From: Octopus sinensis
Taxonomy: Eukaryota
Reading direction: 5' to 3'
Length of the DNA: 64,000 nt
Assembly (NCBI RefSeq): GCF_006345805.1
Contig: NC_043003.1
Location: forward strand, 36,208,001-36,272,000
Shown: in pieces, positions 1 through 12,769 of the stretch
Layout of the letters: each line of letters begins with the position of its first letter
Numbering within the stretch: the stretch's first letter is position 1
Notes under the pieces: model-generated
Told to the model about the DNA's origin: nothing
Database searches by the model: none
Seen by the model: the letters and a program-made list of their open reading frames with translations, nothing else
Program-made: the position numbers and the translations under genes

Positions 1-267
1 TGCGCGTGTGTGTGCGTACGTGTGTGCGCGCGCGCAATGGAAGTAGGATGGTTCATCTTCGTTCGCTTAGTATTTGTGTTTATTTATTGATTTGGTTGAA
101 TCTTGGTTGTTTTCTTCTTTTGGCCAGTTAAAAGTAATTTTAAGCGTTTTGAATAAAAAGTTATTCAAAATTGTTTTTTAATGTATGTGTGCCCAAACAA
201 GATAAATGCTTACACAGAGCAGGTTTTACAGCCACCTTATCCAAACCGACCGGGTAAAACCGGGCTT

Positions 268-447
<180 letters not shown>

Positions 448-527
448 ATACATACACACAGATATGTATAGATAAAAGTCTGCAATGTAAGAAAACTGCA
501 TATTATACAGCTACAATTCATCTGAGT

Positions 528-715
528 GGCGGCACGTAGTTTAGTGTTTAGTGTGTTGGAATTGTAATCATAAGGTTTTGGTTATGATTACTGGGCCGGG
601 CGACGCGTTTCATTTCACGTTGCTTCAATCCACTCCGCTGGCAAACATGAGTAATGCTGCGACGGACCAGCGTCCCGTTGAAGTGGGGGGAATATATTTG
701 CGCCATTGGAACCTA
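528..715 (+). mobile_element. tRNA-derived SINE (Octopus family), degenerate
   Basis: A-box/B-box-like head (ggcggcacgtagtttagtg...ttatgattactgggccgggcgacgcgtt) followed by catttcacgttgcttcaatccactccgctggcaaacatgagtaatgctgcga, matching an Octopus SINE body recalled from memory. Confidence 0.7.
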
Positions 716-1425
716 GCCGTTATGAGTCGGTACGAATCGAGAAAGAAACTTTACTTTACCTCACCTTACAATGAGTATAGCCGAAGAAGATTGCACGCTG
801 ACTAACTAAAAATTTTTTTCAAAATCCTTCTCTAAATGCACGCTTTTCTCCTGAACGATCTGGTACTTGGTGATATATAAATGATCACGTGTAGTTCAGT
901 ATCATCTCACTGGAGAAATGTGTACCGATGAAGCTACTATATATAGGCCAAGACATATTATTCTCTAACCTTTCTTCTACCATATTCCTCTTCAAAACCT
1001 GCACTGCAGTTGCATTGGGAGATTACATCCGCTATACCTTTTGAAATATATTACATACTATTTCAACTAAAATTTAAACAAAGTTGCGTGGCCTTAAAGC
1101 ACAATTTGGCATTCGATCGATGCCCTGCTATCTTAAAAATATAAAACGTTCACTGTATAAAGAATTTGAAGTAAACTCATTGTGAAATACTGAGACACAC
1201 AGAGTCACGCACACACACACACACACACACACACATGCACACATACATATATACAGAGACATGTATATATATATGTGTGTGTATGCATATATGTATACAA
1301 TTATTGTTTTCATATTTTACTGTTGCTATCATTTTCACTGCGGCCATGCTGGAGTACCGTCTTATGTCGAACAAATTGATTCCAGAACTTATTCTTTGTA
1401 AGCGCAGAACCTATTTTATCGGAGA

Positions 1426-2027
1426 ACAAAACAGTAAACACAAACGGTGAGGGTTGTTAAGCCAAGGCGAGGTGGAAGAAAGAAAGTATGGCCGTTGATC
1501 ACGTGTGAGCAACGAGAGTATAGGAGGAAAAGTGAGAGAGAGAGAGAAGAGAAAAATGGAGAAAGTGTGGGAGAGAAAAACAGAAAGGAAGAAAACCAAG
1601 AGAGGGAGATAGTATTATCTACAACGCATTTCGAAAGTAAGGACTAGACGCGACTTCATTAACAAAATCTTTCCCGCAAAGCAAATTAAATAAAATTTAA
1701 GATTTTTGCGGAGGATGAGCGTGGTAACAAAAACAGGACACTGACAACAAAACAGTAAAAACAAATGGCGAGGGCTGTTAAGTCAAGACGATGTGAAGTG
1801 GTAAATCCTGGAAAAACGAGAATCGAGAAGAGACAGATAAAAGCACGTCTGGTCTTTAGGAAGGAAGTAGAAGAAAGAAAGAATGGCCGTTGATCAGGTG
1901 TGAGCAACGAGATACTCAAGGAGGAAGAGTGAGAGAGAGAGAGAGGGGGGAAGGTGATAAGGAGAAGAGAAAATAGGGAAAGGGTGGGAGAGAAATACAG
2001 AAAAGAATAACAAGATAGGGAGATAGA
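1426..2027 (-). repeat. Diverged tandem duplication of a purine/pyrimidine-biased Penelope-pLTR-like segment
   Basis: Copy A (~1426-1617) and copy B (~1747-2027) share acaaaacagtaaa..aaa.gg.gaggg.tgttaag and tggccgttgatca.gtgtgagcaacgaga. The minus-strand ctcacacgtga of copy A also occurs at 54837-54847 inside the 54.3 kb element. Confidence 0.6.
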
Positions 2028-2422
2028 TAGACAGAAAAGTGATAGAGTAAGTCTGCGCATCGTAATTATTAAGATAAGACTTACTTGAAAAAGGATGCAC
2101 AATGGGCGAGATTAGGAGGGTAGACAGGCCTGAAGAAGCGTTGGGAATTAGTGCTGCTCACGGAGGTTAGTAGGTGAAGGTGATCTTTGTGCAGGTGGTG
2201 CAGGTAAGCAGTTGGTACAGGTAAGCAGCTGGTACTCAGGAGGTATATCCTCATGACATTTTTTGACCAATTGCAGGGTAAAGTCCAGTAATAATCAGTG
2301 ACTTTCTCCTATCGACATCTAATTCTAATACCAAACGGCTGAAGACTAATATCACGCTCGAAACTCGGAATAGCAAGAAATTTGCTTGATCCATATGTGT
2401 GTGTGTTTGTGTGTGTGTATGG

Positions 2423-2439
2423 TGTTGTTGTTGTTGTTA

Positions 2440-2520
<81 letters not shown>
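2423..2520. repeat. (TTG)n/(TTA)n microsatellite
   Basis: Direct reading; gives the poly-N ORF 2352-2570. Confidence 0.97.
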
Positions 2521-2521
<1 letters not shown>

Positions 2522-2562
2522 AGCAATGAGCTGGCAGAATCTTTAGCCCACCGGGCGGAAAA
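2521..2562 (+). mobile_element. Truncated SINE head (OR-type Octopus SINE)
   Basis: aagcaatgagctggcagaatctttagcccaccgggcggaaa resembles the head of the fuller copy at 53792-54011 (aaggcggcgcactggcagaaacgttatcatgccgggcgaaa). Confidence 0.6.
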
Positions 2563-2621
2563 AGTAACAACTCTCACACCAGGAGTCATGTTATCAACAT
2601 GAAATAACTTACGCACAAATG

Positions 2622-2652
<31 letters not shown>

Positions 2653-2705
2653 GCACACAGACAAATCAAACGCGTGCGCACGCATGTACAAGAATATAAA
2701 CCAGA

Positions 2706-2900
2706 TGGTGCAGTAAATTTGCTAACTTCAAGGCTAAGGAGAAAGGAATGGTTGGAGTCGCAAACTTCCGATTTTTTACAGGTATCAGAAAAACTGAAGG
2801 ATAAGCGTGTGAATCTGAGAAGGGAATATGTTGAATAAAAGTATAATTAACTGTTCCTCCTGTATTTTCTTTTACCCAAAGCATGGAACACTACCTCGTA
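2706..2900 (+). mobile_element. Mariner-derived MITE, copy 1
   Basis: Shares gtgaatctgagaagggaatatgttgaataaaa...aactg.tcctcct.tattttctttta.ccaaagc with 27692-27912 and, inverted, with 23118-23310; ends ...ctcgta. Confidence 0.8.
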
Positions 2901-3397
2901 CATATACGTATGCCTTTAAATAAATTAGGAAGGAAGAGGAAATTAAGTTACGAACTTCGTTTACTCATAGCCTATTATCTTAAAAGTACTGATGAATTTG
3001 TAAGGTGATGCTCATGCATAAAGACCCGAGTGCATTGCATTGTTCTGAACTGTAAGCTAATGAAGTGTACTGCATGTTTCCTATTCCTTTGTCAGTTAAT
3101 AAATTTCATATTATGTTCAGTACTCTACTAACGCATTCTTCTGAAGCATATGTATATTTGAGTTATTGCTTTGACTTAAAGTTCTGGGTACTTCCGGCAG
3201 ACGAGGAGAAGCTTATCGAAGCATCGCTATCCTAGAATGCCTAGCCGCAATGCTTCGTGTATCTTCTAAACAATTTGTTATCATAAAAATGAAACTCTGC
3301 TTTTGTGTGACTAAGACAACAATGATTAGCGTATTTGCGTTGGAATCTACCAGAACCTATTATACATAAACATGCAAGTCATCGTTCATGTACATAA

Positions 3398-3712
<315 letters not shown>

Positions 3713-3729
3713 AGATTTCGCAGATTTTT

Positions 3730-3790
3730 GCGCAGTTTCCGCCAACCAAATCTACTCACAAGGCATTGTTTGACAGCAGAAGATAGTTAT
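3730..3790 (-). mobile_element. Degenerate SINE fragment (OK-type)
   Basis: gtttccgccaaccaaatctactcacaaggcattg resembles the reverse complement of the OK-type Octopus SINE body as recalled from memory. Confidence 0.5.
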
Positions 3791-4169
3791 ATTAGTTGCC
3801 AAGCAATGGCTCTTCACGTAAAACCATTGAGCACAGAAGTAAACTGGTTACATACACATCTATGCCGGACTTGAAATATTTTCTGTAGCATACAAATGAC
3901 TGTAGTTAGCTTTCTCTCAATTGTCTCGAATTTTCTCAATAAGTAACATTCGATATAACAATAGAAATGCTTACACTATTTCAACCTGGTTTTTTTCTTT
4001 AGAGAAACTGTTATATCCCTCTTCCAGGCATACCCTGTCAATAATAAGGTAATAAATGTGACAATGAATATTGCATATCGAGTTATACACTTCATCAAAA
4101 AAGAAAGATTAGAAGACCACAGATAAAATTCTCTTTCAGCTATTTAATGTAAAATATTTGAATTGAATA

Positions 4170-4526
4170 TTCATATATATATATATGTATATATATGTAT
4201 ATATACATACATACATATATATATATACACACATATGTATATACAAACATACATATACATATATCATATATATACATACACACACATATGTATATATACA
4301 ATCATACATATACATATATATACACATATATATATACATATAAATACATCTATGAGTTCATACATATATGCATATATAATCATGCATATACATATATATA
4401 CACACATATATATACATGTAAATACATCTACGTATACACATATGTATATGCATTTACATATACACATGTATGTACATACATGTATATATATACACATACA
4501 TACACACATAATATAGATAGAGAGAC

Positions 4527-4578
<52 letters not shown>

Positions 4579-4685
4579 TATATATATATCTATATATATA
4601 TATATATATATACATATATACATATATACATATATACAGTTTTTGTATATGTATATGTATATAATGTATATATACATATACACAT
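4170..4685. repeat. Degenerate (TA)n/(CATA)n compound microsatellite
   Basis: Direct reading. Confidence 0.95.
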
Positions 4686-6884
4686 TTTTTACGCAATTAT
4701 AAGTATTATTTCACAGCGCATCATTTAATTTGTAATAGAAAAATATTGGAGACGTTTGTTTTAGAAACATTGTGTTTGCTATTTCTTTTATATTGAAGTA
4801 TGTTTTTAATATTTTCAAAATTATTAACCACAAAAACTAAACAAGTGATAATCCATGGAAATTCTGATGATATTAATCACGTTGTGAATTACTGTATTTC
4901 CTCATTTATTTTTCTCTTCTATTTGTTTTTAAATATTATTTATCATTTATAAAATCGAAAAAAAATCTTAGAATAATGTTTGCATGGTAAAAATTATGAG
5001 AAAAACATATTCTTATCTTTTGATATTGGTTAGAAAATGATGTAGTATATGATGGAAAATTATAAATAACTGTCTAATTTATCACACGTTTGCTACTGTA
5101 TTTCAGACAAAATTTGTATAAATGTTCAGTTTTTAATTCTGTATATCAGAGTGCTGGTAGACCTTCAATCGATCAATACCCGATCAATCCGTTCATAATC
5201 AAAATAAAATGAAACAAATCCAATTCAAAATCACAGAAATAAAACATAATGCTCATTTAGCTTATTATACCAACTTGAGATCTGATAATAACTTGTAAAA
5301 ATCAATAAATTTCCGTAAGCGTATTCTAGAATAAGTAGCAATGATATTAAACGCTTGCTTTTGAGAATGCCAGCATTATTGGCATCAATGAGTGCCAGAA
5401 TTTACAGCTTTATGGTGAATTAGTCCAGTTCGTTAACATGAATGGATGGAAGGAGATAGTTGCTGCCTGCTAATGAGCACTTGTGTAACAGAAGTATATT
5501 AAGAGCTAAAACAACTTCAGATAACATAAACCGAGTTTTGTGAAGGCGTGGTAGTTCTTTTCTAGCAGGACCAACCTTGAATAACAGCTCAACTAATTTG
5601 AGTAATGGCATTTTCATTTCATTTTCCATCATGTTGTCAGTGTGATGATTGTATATAGAAATTCACACAAATAGCGAAGCAGGAATTTATGTTGTGGACT
5701 GATGATAACAAGAAAATTGTAGGAATATTCATTGACGCTGTCTCAAATCGTTTGAAGTAAAGCATCTATTGGATCACATAATGGGTATGTGCTCTTAGGT
5801 CGATATTACAGAATTTACCCGTTAAACGACGCAGAAAATATTTTTATATTCTGAAAAATGTTACAATGTAAGAAGCATGCGTTAATGCCGTTAACCTTTA
5901 CTAAGAGTTGGAATGACATAGACCATGAATGTTTTCCAGAGTAGAACACGTAAAAATGTAATGCAGTTTCAGGGATTGCAACCATTCGTCGAGGTACCTC
6001 TGACCGCGGAACTAATCCCAAACCATAAAGCTCAGTTGAGGTCGTCAGTCACCAAGTATCAGGTTTTTCGAATTAAAGAAGGATGCAGATTTACTGTACT
6101 GTCCAAGTACACATACTGTTTTTGACTGACTTCTCCGTAGTTTTACACTATGTAGCTTTATCCATAAGGCTAGTCAACGTGAGGCGATGTTAAACGACAC
6201 GTGTCCAGGACATCGCACAGTAGTATTGAGCCTGGATCAATGTTATTATGAAGTGGCCTATAATCATGCAGCTAAATTTATTTTTGTATTATTCCCTCTA
6301 TAAATAAAGATTTCCCGCTTCATTCTTGCCCTGGTGTCGATGGAGAGGTGTGTTTTATTACTTAGGTGAAAGAAAATAGAGAATCCGTTTACGTTTGTAG
6401 TCTTTGCTAAATTGCAGGAACACGTTTGATGTGCAGCTTGGGAGTCTGACTGCTGTATTTTTACAGAATATTATTAAGGAAATGTATTTAATAAAGGAAT
6501 CGGAAGCTCAGATGTATCAGTAATGTGACGAGGGAACTTGAGTGCATTCTCTGAAATTGGGCGGTTGTAGTTTGCAAATTCCCAGTTCAAAGGTGAACTC
6601 ACAAATGCCTTTGCTACTCCGTCGAACGACAAAACCGTATTATTATATTTTATTGTTCATTCTACGTTATTTGTACTTGTAGAAGCTACAACTATACTCG
6701 TATATGAGTAAACCATCAACAATAGAGGCAGCGCAATGAGTAGAAAGCAAGGAGCTAATATGAAATATGAAATTAAATAGTTTCAATCTGTGTGGAGTAT
6801 TTGTCTTTGAGATATAGCTTTGGTATTCTCATATCTGTAACGTGTTGAAGAAAATCATGAAACATACTGAAGAGGTATTCGATA

Positions 6885-6961
<77 letters not shown>

Positions 6962-7050
6962 GTCTATCTATCTAATATATATATATATTTATGTAAATAC
7001 ATACACACACACGCATATATATATATATATATATAAATATATATATATAC
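6885..7050. repeat. (TATC)n plus (TA)n microsatellite
   Basis: Direct reading. Confidence 0.95.
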
Positions 7051-7431
7051 GTAGGGTGTAAGTATGTATATATGTATGAATGTATAAACTTTCTCTGCAA
7101 AAGTTTTGGAATGAACACTTATCACAACTCTCTACCTTAACTTCTGAATGAAATTGCCATTCCATCCCAACAATATTTGTACTTACATTTTTACATACAT
7201 AATATTTATATGGAGTATAAGTTAAAAAAGCGTGGCTATATATTTAGTTGTGAAATCATTTGTTAATTTATGTTATGCGTTTCAATGAAGATTGTAGGTT
7301 CGAATTATATAATCGGAGAGCAGTATAGAAATTGGATCTCCGACCCAACATTTTTACTGAAACGTGTGTTTACACAAACTCGCGCGCACACACACACATA
7401 CATTATTATATGACTGTTATATGTATATATA

Positions 7432-7470
<39 letters not shown>

Positions 7471-7494
7471 CATACACACACACACATATATATA

Positions 7495-7552
<58 letters not shown>

Positions 7553-7660
7553 ATATATATATATAACGGGAAGCTTTATGAAAATAAACAAAAGACGAAG
7601 GCAGGTGGAAAACAAACGAACAATTGTATTAGTATGGCGCTCAGGAAATATAAATAAAAC

Positions 7661-7776
7661 AAGTCTTTAACGTTTCGAGCCTACGCTCTTCAACAGAAAG
7701 ATACACAGAGAGAGAAAAACACAGAAAGAAGGAGAGAAAAAAAATGCGTGCAGTAGCTAACGAATCAACATGGCGA

Positions 7777-7780
<4 letters not shown>
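7661..7780 (-). mobile_element. Penelope-like terminal fragment with minimal type I hammerhead-like motif
   Basis: Minus strand of 7661-7703 reads UCUUU-CUGUUGA-A-GAGC(GUAG)GCUC-GAA-AC-GU-U-AAAGA: 5-bp stem I, 4-bp stem II, palindromic ACGU at stem III, but U at core position 6. A more decayed copy lies at 43713-43752. Confidence 0.6.
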
Positions 7781-7829
<49 letters not shown>

Positions 7830-8435
7830 CATTAATTACAGAGCAAATATCAAATTTGAGCTAAAGACTTTACATAACCCCACGCTTCCACACATTTATC
7901 GCATACAAATAATACGATCGCCTTCAACATATAAAAGAAATATATCAGCACAGAAGGTAAAAAATATATATGTACATATGAAAATACAACATATATAGAA
8001 GGGCCAGTCAGGAAAAAGTATATATAAATCGACTGAAATGGTTGATCATAATGAATTACAAAAACATTTCAATCGACTAGAAAGTACTTTTTTTTTCACG
8101 CTTCGATTAAAAATATATCAAAATAGTTCGCTTTTTAAAATGAAGCAATCCATGGTAAGTCCGGTAACCCATGGGTGTTATCGCGCTGATATGTATGCGT
8201 GTGTATGTTTGTGTGTATGTGTGTCTGTCTGTGTGTGTGTACGTATTTATATATACATAATCATCTTCATCATCATCATCTTCACCACTACCACCATTAT
8301 TATTATCATCATCATGTATATATATATATGTGTGTATATATATATATATACACACAAACACACACACACACACTCTCTCTCTCTCTGTCACACACACACA
8401 CACACACGCGCAGATTTATATATATATATATATAT

Positions 8436-8692
8436 ATTGATCAAAATAAAATAAAAACATGATGAGAAGGATTCAGCGGTACATATGTTTCGGGCCTTTA
8501 TTAGACAGATTTATAACAATGCATAATGTATGTCTGTGGCCTTCTTCAGCGGCGCACAACAGCTTCCACAAGGACATGTGTTACATCAAAAATTACACAC
8601 ATTATGCATTGTTATAAATCTGTCTAATAAAGGCCCGAAACATATGTACCGCTGAATCCTTCGCATCATGTTTTTATTTTATTTTGATCAAT
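8436..8692. repeat. Long inverted repeat (98-bp arms, 2 mismatches, ~61-nt spacer)
   Basis: 8436-8533 is the reverse complement of 8595-8692. The right arm contains ctaataa-agg-ccc-gaaacatatgta, a decayed hammerhead-like core with palindromic ACATATGT. Confidence 0.95.
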
Positions 8693-8759
8693 TTACTCCA
8701 CCACCTACACCACCAAACGGTATACATAGGTGCTTATAATTATCAAGTACTCACCCCGA

Positions 8760-8795
<36 letters not shown>

Positions 8796-8859
8796 GAAGC
8801 AAAGCCAAGGCAGTGTGAAATTTCTAGAACATTCTATAAAGAGAAGGGTAGTCTTACAG

Positions 8860-9180
8860 CTATTGCAGGTTTATAAAAGATATCCCATCATCAGAGACAA
8901 TATGAGAGAGTTAAATAAAAAGAAATAGTAGAGTCCAATATAAGAAGTTATTTTGGAAAGAGACTGACATAGGAAGTATAAACCCATATAGAAGAATATA
9001 TGTAAAATTATATGTTGGATGGTAAACATGCTGTTCTATTATCCAAGGAGCGTGTTGTGGGTAAAAAAGCATCTCTCCATGGTATTTAAGTTCCGATAGG
9101 AGATCATATTATTCTTTTTTACAAACGGATAGTGTATAGGTATTAATTCCATGTGTTGTTCATTCAATGGGGTCTTGTAG
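8860..9180 (-). mobile_element. Possible Penelope-like 3' remnant (GIY-YIG C-terminus plus decayed hammerhead core)
   Basis: Minus strand ...KNNMISYRNLNTMERCFFTHNTLLG**N resembles the C-terminal helix of Penelope GIY-YIG domains, followed by ctgatgatgggata...ataaac at 8869-8894. Confidence 0.35.
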
Positions 9181-9744
9181 TGTAAATGAAATTATGAGAA
9201 TGGAATAGGTATGTTAGGAAAAAGGAAATGGTTTTAGTCAAAGGATGGGGGGGGATGAAGAGAAAATGAGCATGAAAAAGGAGTACGAGATACAGGTCAA
9301 GATATTGTGAGAGACTGGGGAGAGGAGAGCTGTTAGTAGATAAAAGGAATAGGAGGAAGGGTAGAAGGAAGAGATAAGAGTATAAGGAAGGAATATGCGT
9401 GAGAGGTGAGAGGATAGGGTGATATGTTTGAAAGGCTTTAAATGGGAGGGATAGTTTAAGAATGCGGTACGTAGTGGGTACTAAAATTGAATAGTAAACC
9501 TCAAATAGCAAGAGAACAAAAAGAAAATATAGAGGTCAATTTTCTAAAAGTAGACGTAGGTATTTATATGAGGCATGAGATTGTACTAGCTAGAGTGATA
9601 ACGGGGACAGATAAATTAGTGAGAGAAAGAAACATATGTATATAGATAAACCCACACGCGTATATATATATATATATTGATAAAAATGGTAAGACCACAA
9701 AAGAATGAAAGATACCTCGATATTATGTAAATAGAGGAATTTAT

Positions 9745-9962
9745 CTGTAAATGTAAAATGTGACAATTATTCCGTAGCCATGATAAAACTCCGAGATTCG
9801 GATGCTGACGTGGAAATCCACGCCGCCATCTCTTCAGTTATCCGGCTATTTTTTCCGATGCCTGGATAACTGAAGAGATGGCGACGTGGATTTCCACCTC
9901 GACATCCGAAACTCGGAGTTTTATCATGGCTACCGAATAATTGTCACATATTACATTTACAG
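9745..9962. repeat. Long inverted repeat (99-bp arms, 7 mismatches, 20-nt loop) with hammerhead-like core
   Basis: 9745-9843 pairs with 9864-9962. The plus strand has CTGAAGA (9870-9876), a long stem II (gatg..gtgga-tt-tccac..catc) and GAAAC (9908-9912). Confidence 0.93.
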
Positions 9963-10421
9963 TTATATATATATATATATATATGCAAATATGAATGCAT
10001 GTATATATGTGTGAGTGTGTTTGTGTGTGCACGCGCGCATATTAATATATATATATATATATATACTTATGTCTTATAGTCTATATATTTGTGTGCTTAC
10101 ATGCATAATGGTATCTGTTAAAATATTGTATTTTCGCATTAAACCAATTATTACTTTGCACAAAAACAATACTTTATGTCGTAACCGTGAGATTTTGAAG
10201 TATTTATTCCTCCAGTTACACCATATATAATAGATTGTAGGAAATATGCTGTTCTACAATAAGATGTGACTCAAGAAAATATGAGAAAAGTAATATATGA
10301 GTGTATGTGTGTTTATGTATATATGCATGTTTGAGCATATATGTGTGTCTGTGTATGAGTATGTATGCATATATATATATGTGTGTGTGTGTGCATGCTT
10401 GCATTCATGTATGTGGGTGTG

Positions 10422-10466
<45 letters not shown>

Positions 10467-11084
10467 GTGTGTGTGTGTATGTATGTATGTACGTGTGTGT
10501 ATATGTATGCATTTTGTACTATGTACGCATGTGTAAATGAACGCATTCTGTTAAGCATACATCCACAAGCATTCCAGTATTGGTGGGAATATGTATTTAT
10601 TAATAAAACTATTTAAAACGTTCTCCAAATATTTCATCTCGGACTAACTGAAGTTTATTTGTTTACAATTATTCTTCAGTTTAATTTTTCTTTCTTGTAT
10701 TTTTCCTTCAATATTTGTTCCTTTCTGTCATTTCGTTCTTCCTTTCTTTCCGTTTATATTCGTTTCTGTTATTCTTTTTGTCATCATATTACATTCAGCA
10801 ATTCTATTTTTCTTTGATGGTTTGTTTCTTCGAAATTTGCAATCAGAGACCGAAAGAAAGTATATTGTTCTTGAAGCAAAATTGATCTTAAACAAAGATT
10901 AGAAGTGCAATAATATCTCCTATGCAGAATTACTTTCGTTCATCTAAGCAATTTTTTCTTTGCCTCTTAAATATATTAAGTTTTATTGTCTCTTTTGTCA
11001 ATTTTTACTCTTTATTATTCATGTTGATATTGATGATTACAATTATACTTATTTTTCTTACATTTTTAATATTTTATTAGTTTC

Positions 11085-11125
11085 ATATCATCATCAACAT
11101 CATCACCATCATCATCATCATCATT

Positions 11126-11157
<32 letters not shown>

Positions 11158-11282
11158 TATCATCATCATCATCATCAGACTGAGTAGCAGCATCATTATC
11201 ATTACATTATCATCATCATCATCATCGTCATCATCATCAGCATCATCAGCATCAGACTGAGTAGCAGCATCATTATCATCAC

Positions 11283-11314
<32 letters not shown>

Positions 11315-11328
11315 CCACCATCATCATT

Positions 11329-11364
<36 letters not shown>

Positions 11365-11506
11365 GTCGTCGTCGTCGTCGTCATCATCATCAGTAGCAGT
11401 AATAGTAGTTGTAGTAGTAGTAGCAATAGTAGTAGTTGTAGTAGTAGTAGTAGTAGTAATAGTAGTAGTTGTAGTAGTAGTAGTAGTAGTAGTAGTAATA
11501 GTAGTT

Positions 11507-11553
<47 letters not shown>

Positions 11554-11620
11554 GGTGTTGGTTGTGGTGGTAAGAGTAGTAGTAGCAGCAGCAGCAACTG
11601 TTGTTTTTGTTGTTGCTTCT
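11085..11620. repeat. Compound trinucleotide array (CAT)n-(TAG)n-(TGG/TGT)n
   Basis: Direct reading; the cassette cagactgagtagcagcatcattatc is duplicated at 11176-11200 and 11253-11277. Confidence 0.97.
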
Positions 11621-12268
11621 GGTGATAATGGTAATGGGTGCTGTTCGTGTTGTTGATATTGTTGATGTCATTTTATATGTATTATCGAAACTAGAACGAA
11701 TTTATATTTAAAATACAACACCGCACACGCAACATAAAACTGAAGGTATAAAAATATTACAAAAGTTATAGCAAAATATTTAATGGCAATAAAATAAATA
11801 TTAAGATTTATAATGATGATACTGAGGATGATAATGATGATGAAGATGGGTTTGTTCTTGACGAGGTAGAAAAGGGAGACAAAGACAAAGAAGGGGATAT
11901 CTTTTATTGGCATACACACCTATATTTGTTAATGGGGAGCAAAGTCGAGTGAATAAATTAACTAAATTTCTAATACTAATGAAAATAAAATTAGGAAATC
12001 TACAAGAAGAACAATCATAATCATAATAGCTTTTCTAATATTGTCACAAGGCCAATATTTGCTGTTGGCGGAATTTTGATGGGCACCATCAACTTCGATG
12101 CGGAGGAATAAAAATGTTAGTCGAAAGTGTGATTTGAAATCATGACTTCAAACAACTTTCAGAAATACAGCAAATAATTTGCCACCGGCGAAACGATTTT
12201 ACCCCACCACCGCCCTCTTATATATGTGAATACATCTGTGTGTGTATGTATATATATATATATATAAT

Positions 12269-12312
<44 letters not shown>

Positions 12313-12474
12313 ATATAATATATATATATATGGAGAGAGATAGAGAGAGAGATGTTCAGCAAATAATTTTGCCAACGCTCTAATGATTTTACCCCACCAC
12401 GGCCCTCTCATGTATATATATATATATATATATATATATGCGTATATGTGTGTGTGTATGTGTGTATAAAGATT

Positions 12475-12513
<39 letters not shown>

Positions 12514-12769
12514 TGCAGTTATATTCATTCACATACACGTACACGATTAAATTAATAAGTCAGTTTAATAAACACATAATTAGAATATGCTATAAAAATA
12601 AAGCATGATACATGTCTACCTAAGATGAGTTAGGGCACTCAACTCTACTATTCAGTTGTCTATGTCTCATGCTGTGTTCGAATTAAGCCATATGCACTTA
12701 TGAATATTTTAAACCCTTTTGGTATCGAGAAATGCCAAGCATTGTTTACGAAGTTACTGTAATGCCTTA

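Noticed and set aside
2340-2370. ctgaaga...gaaactcgg hammerhead-like boxes (also ~3190-3215)
   Set aside because: Stem II and stem I cannot be paired; indistinguishable from chance or fully decayed copies.
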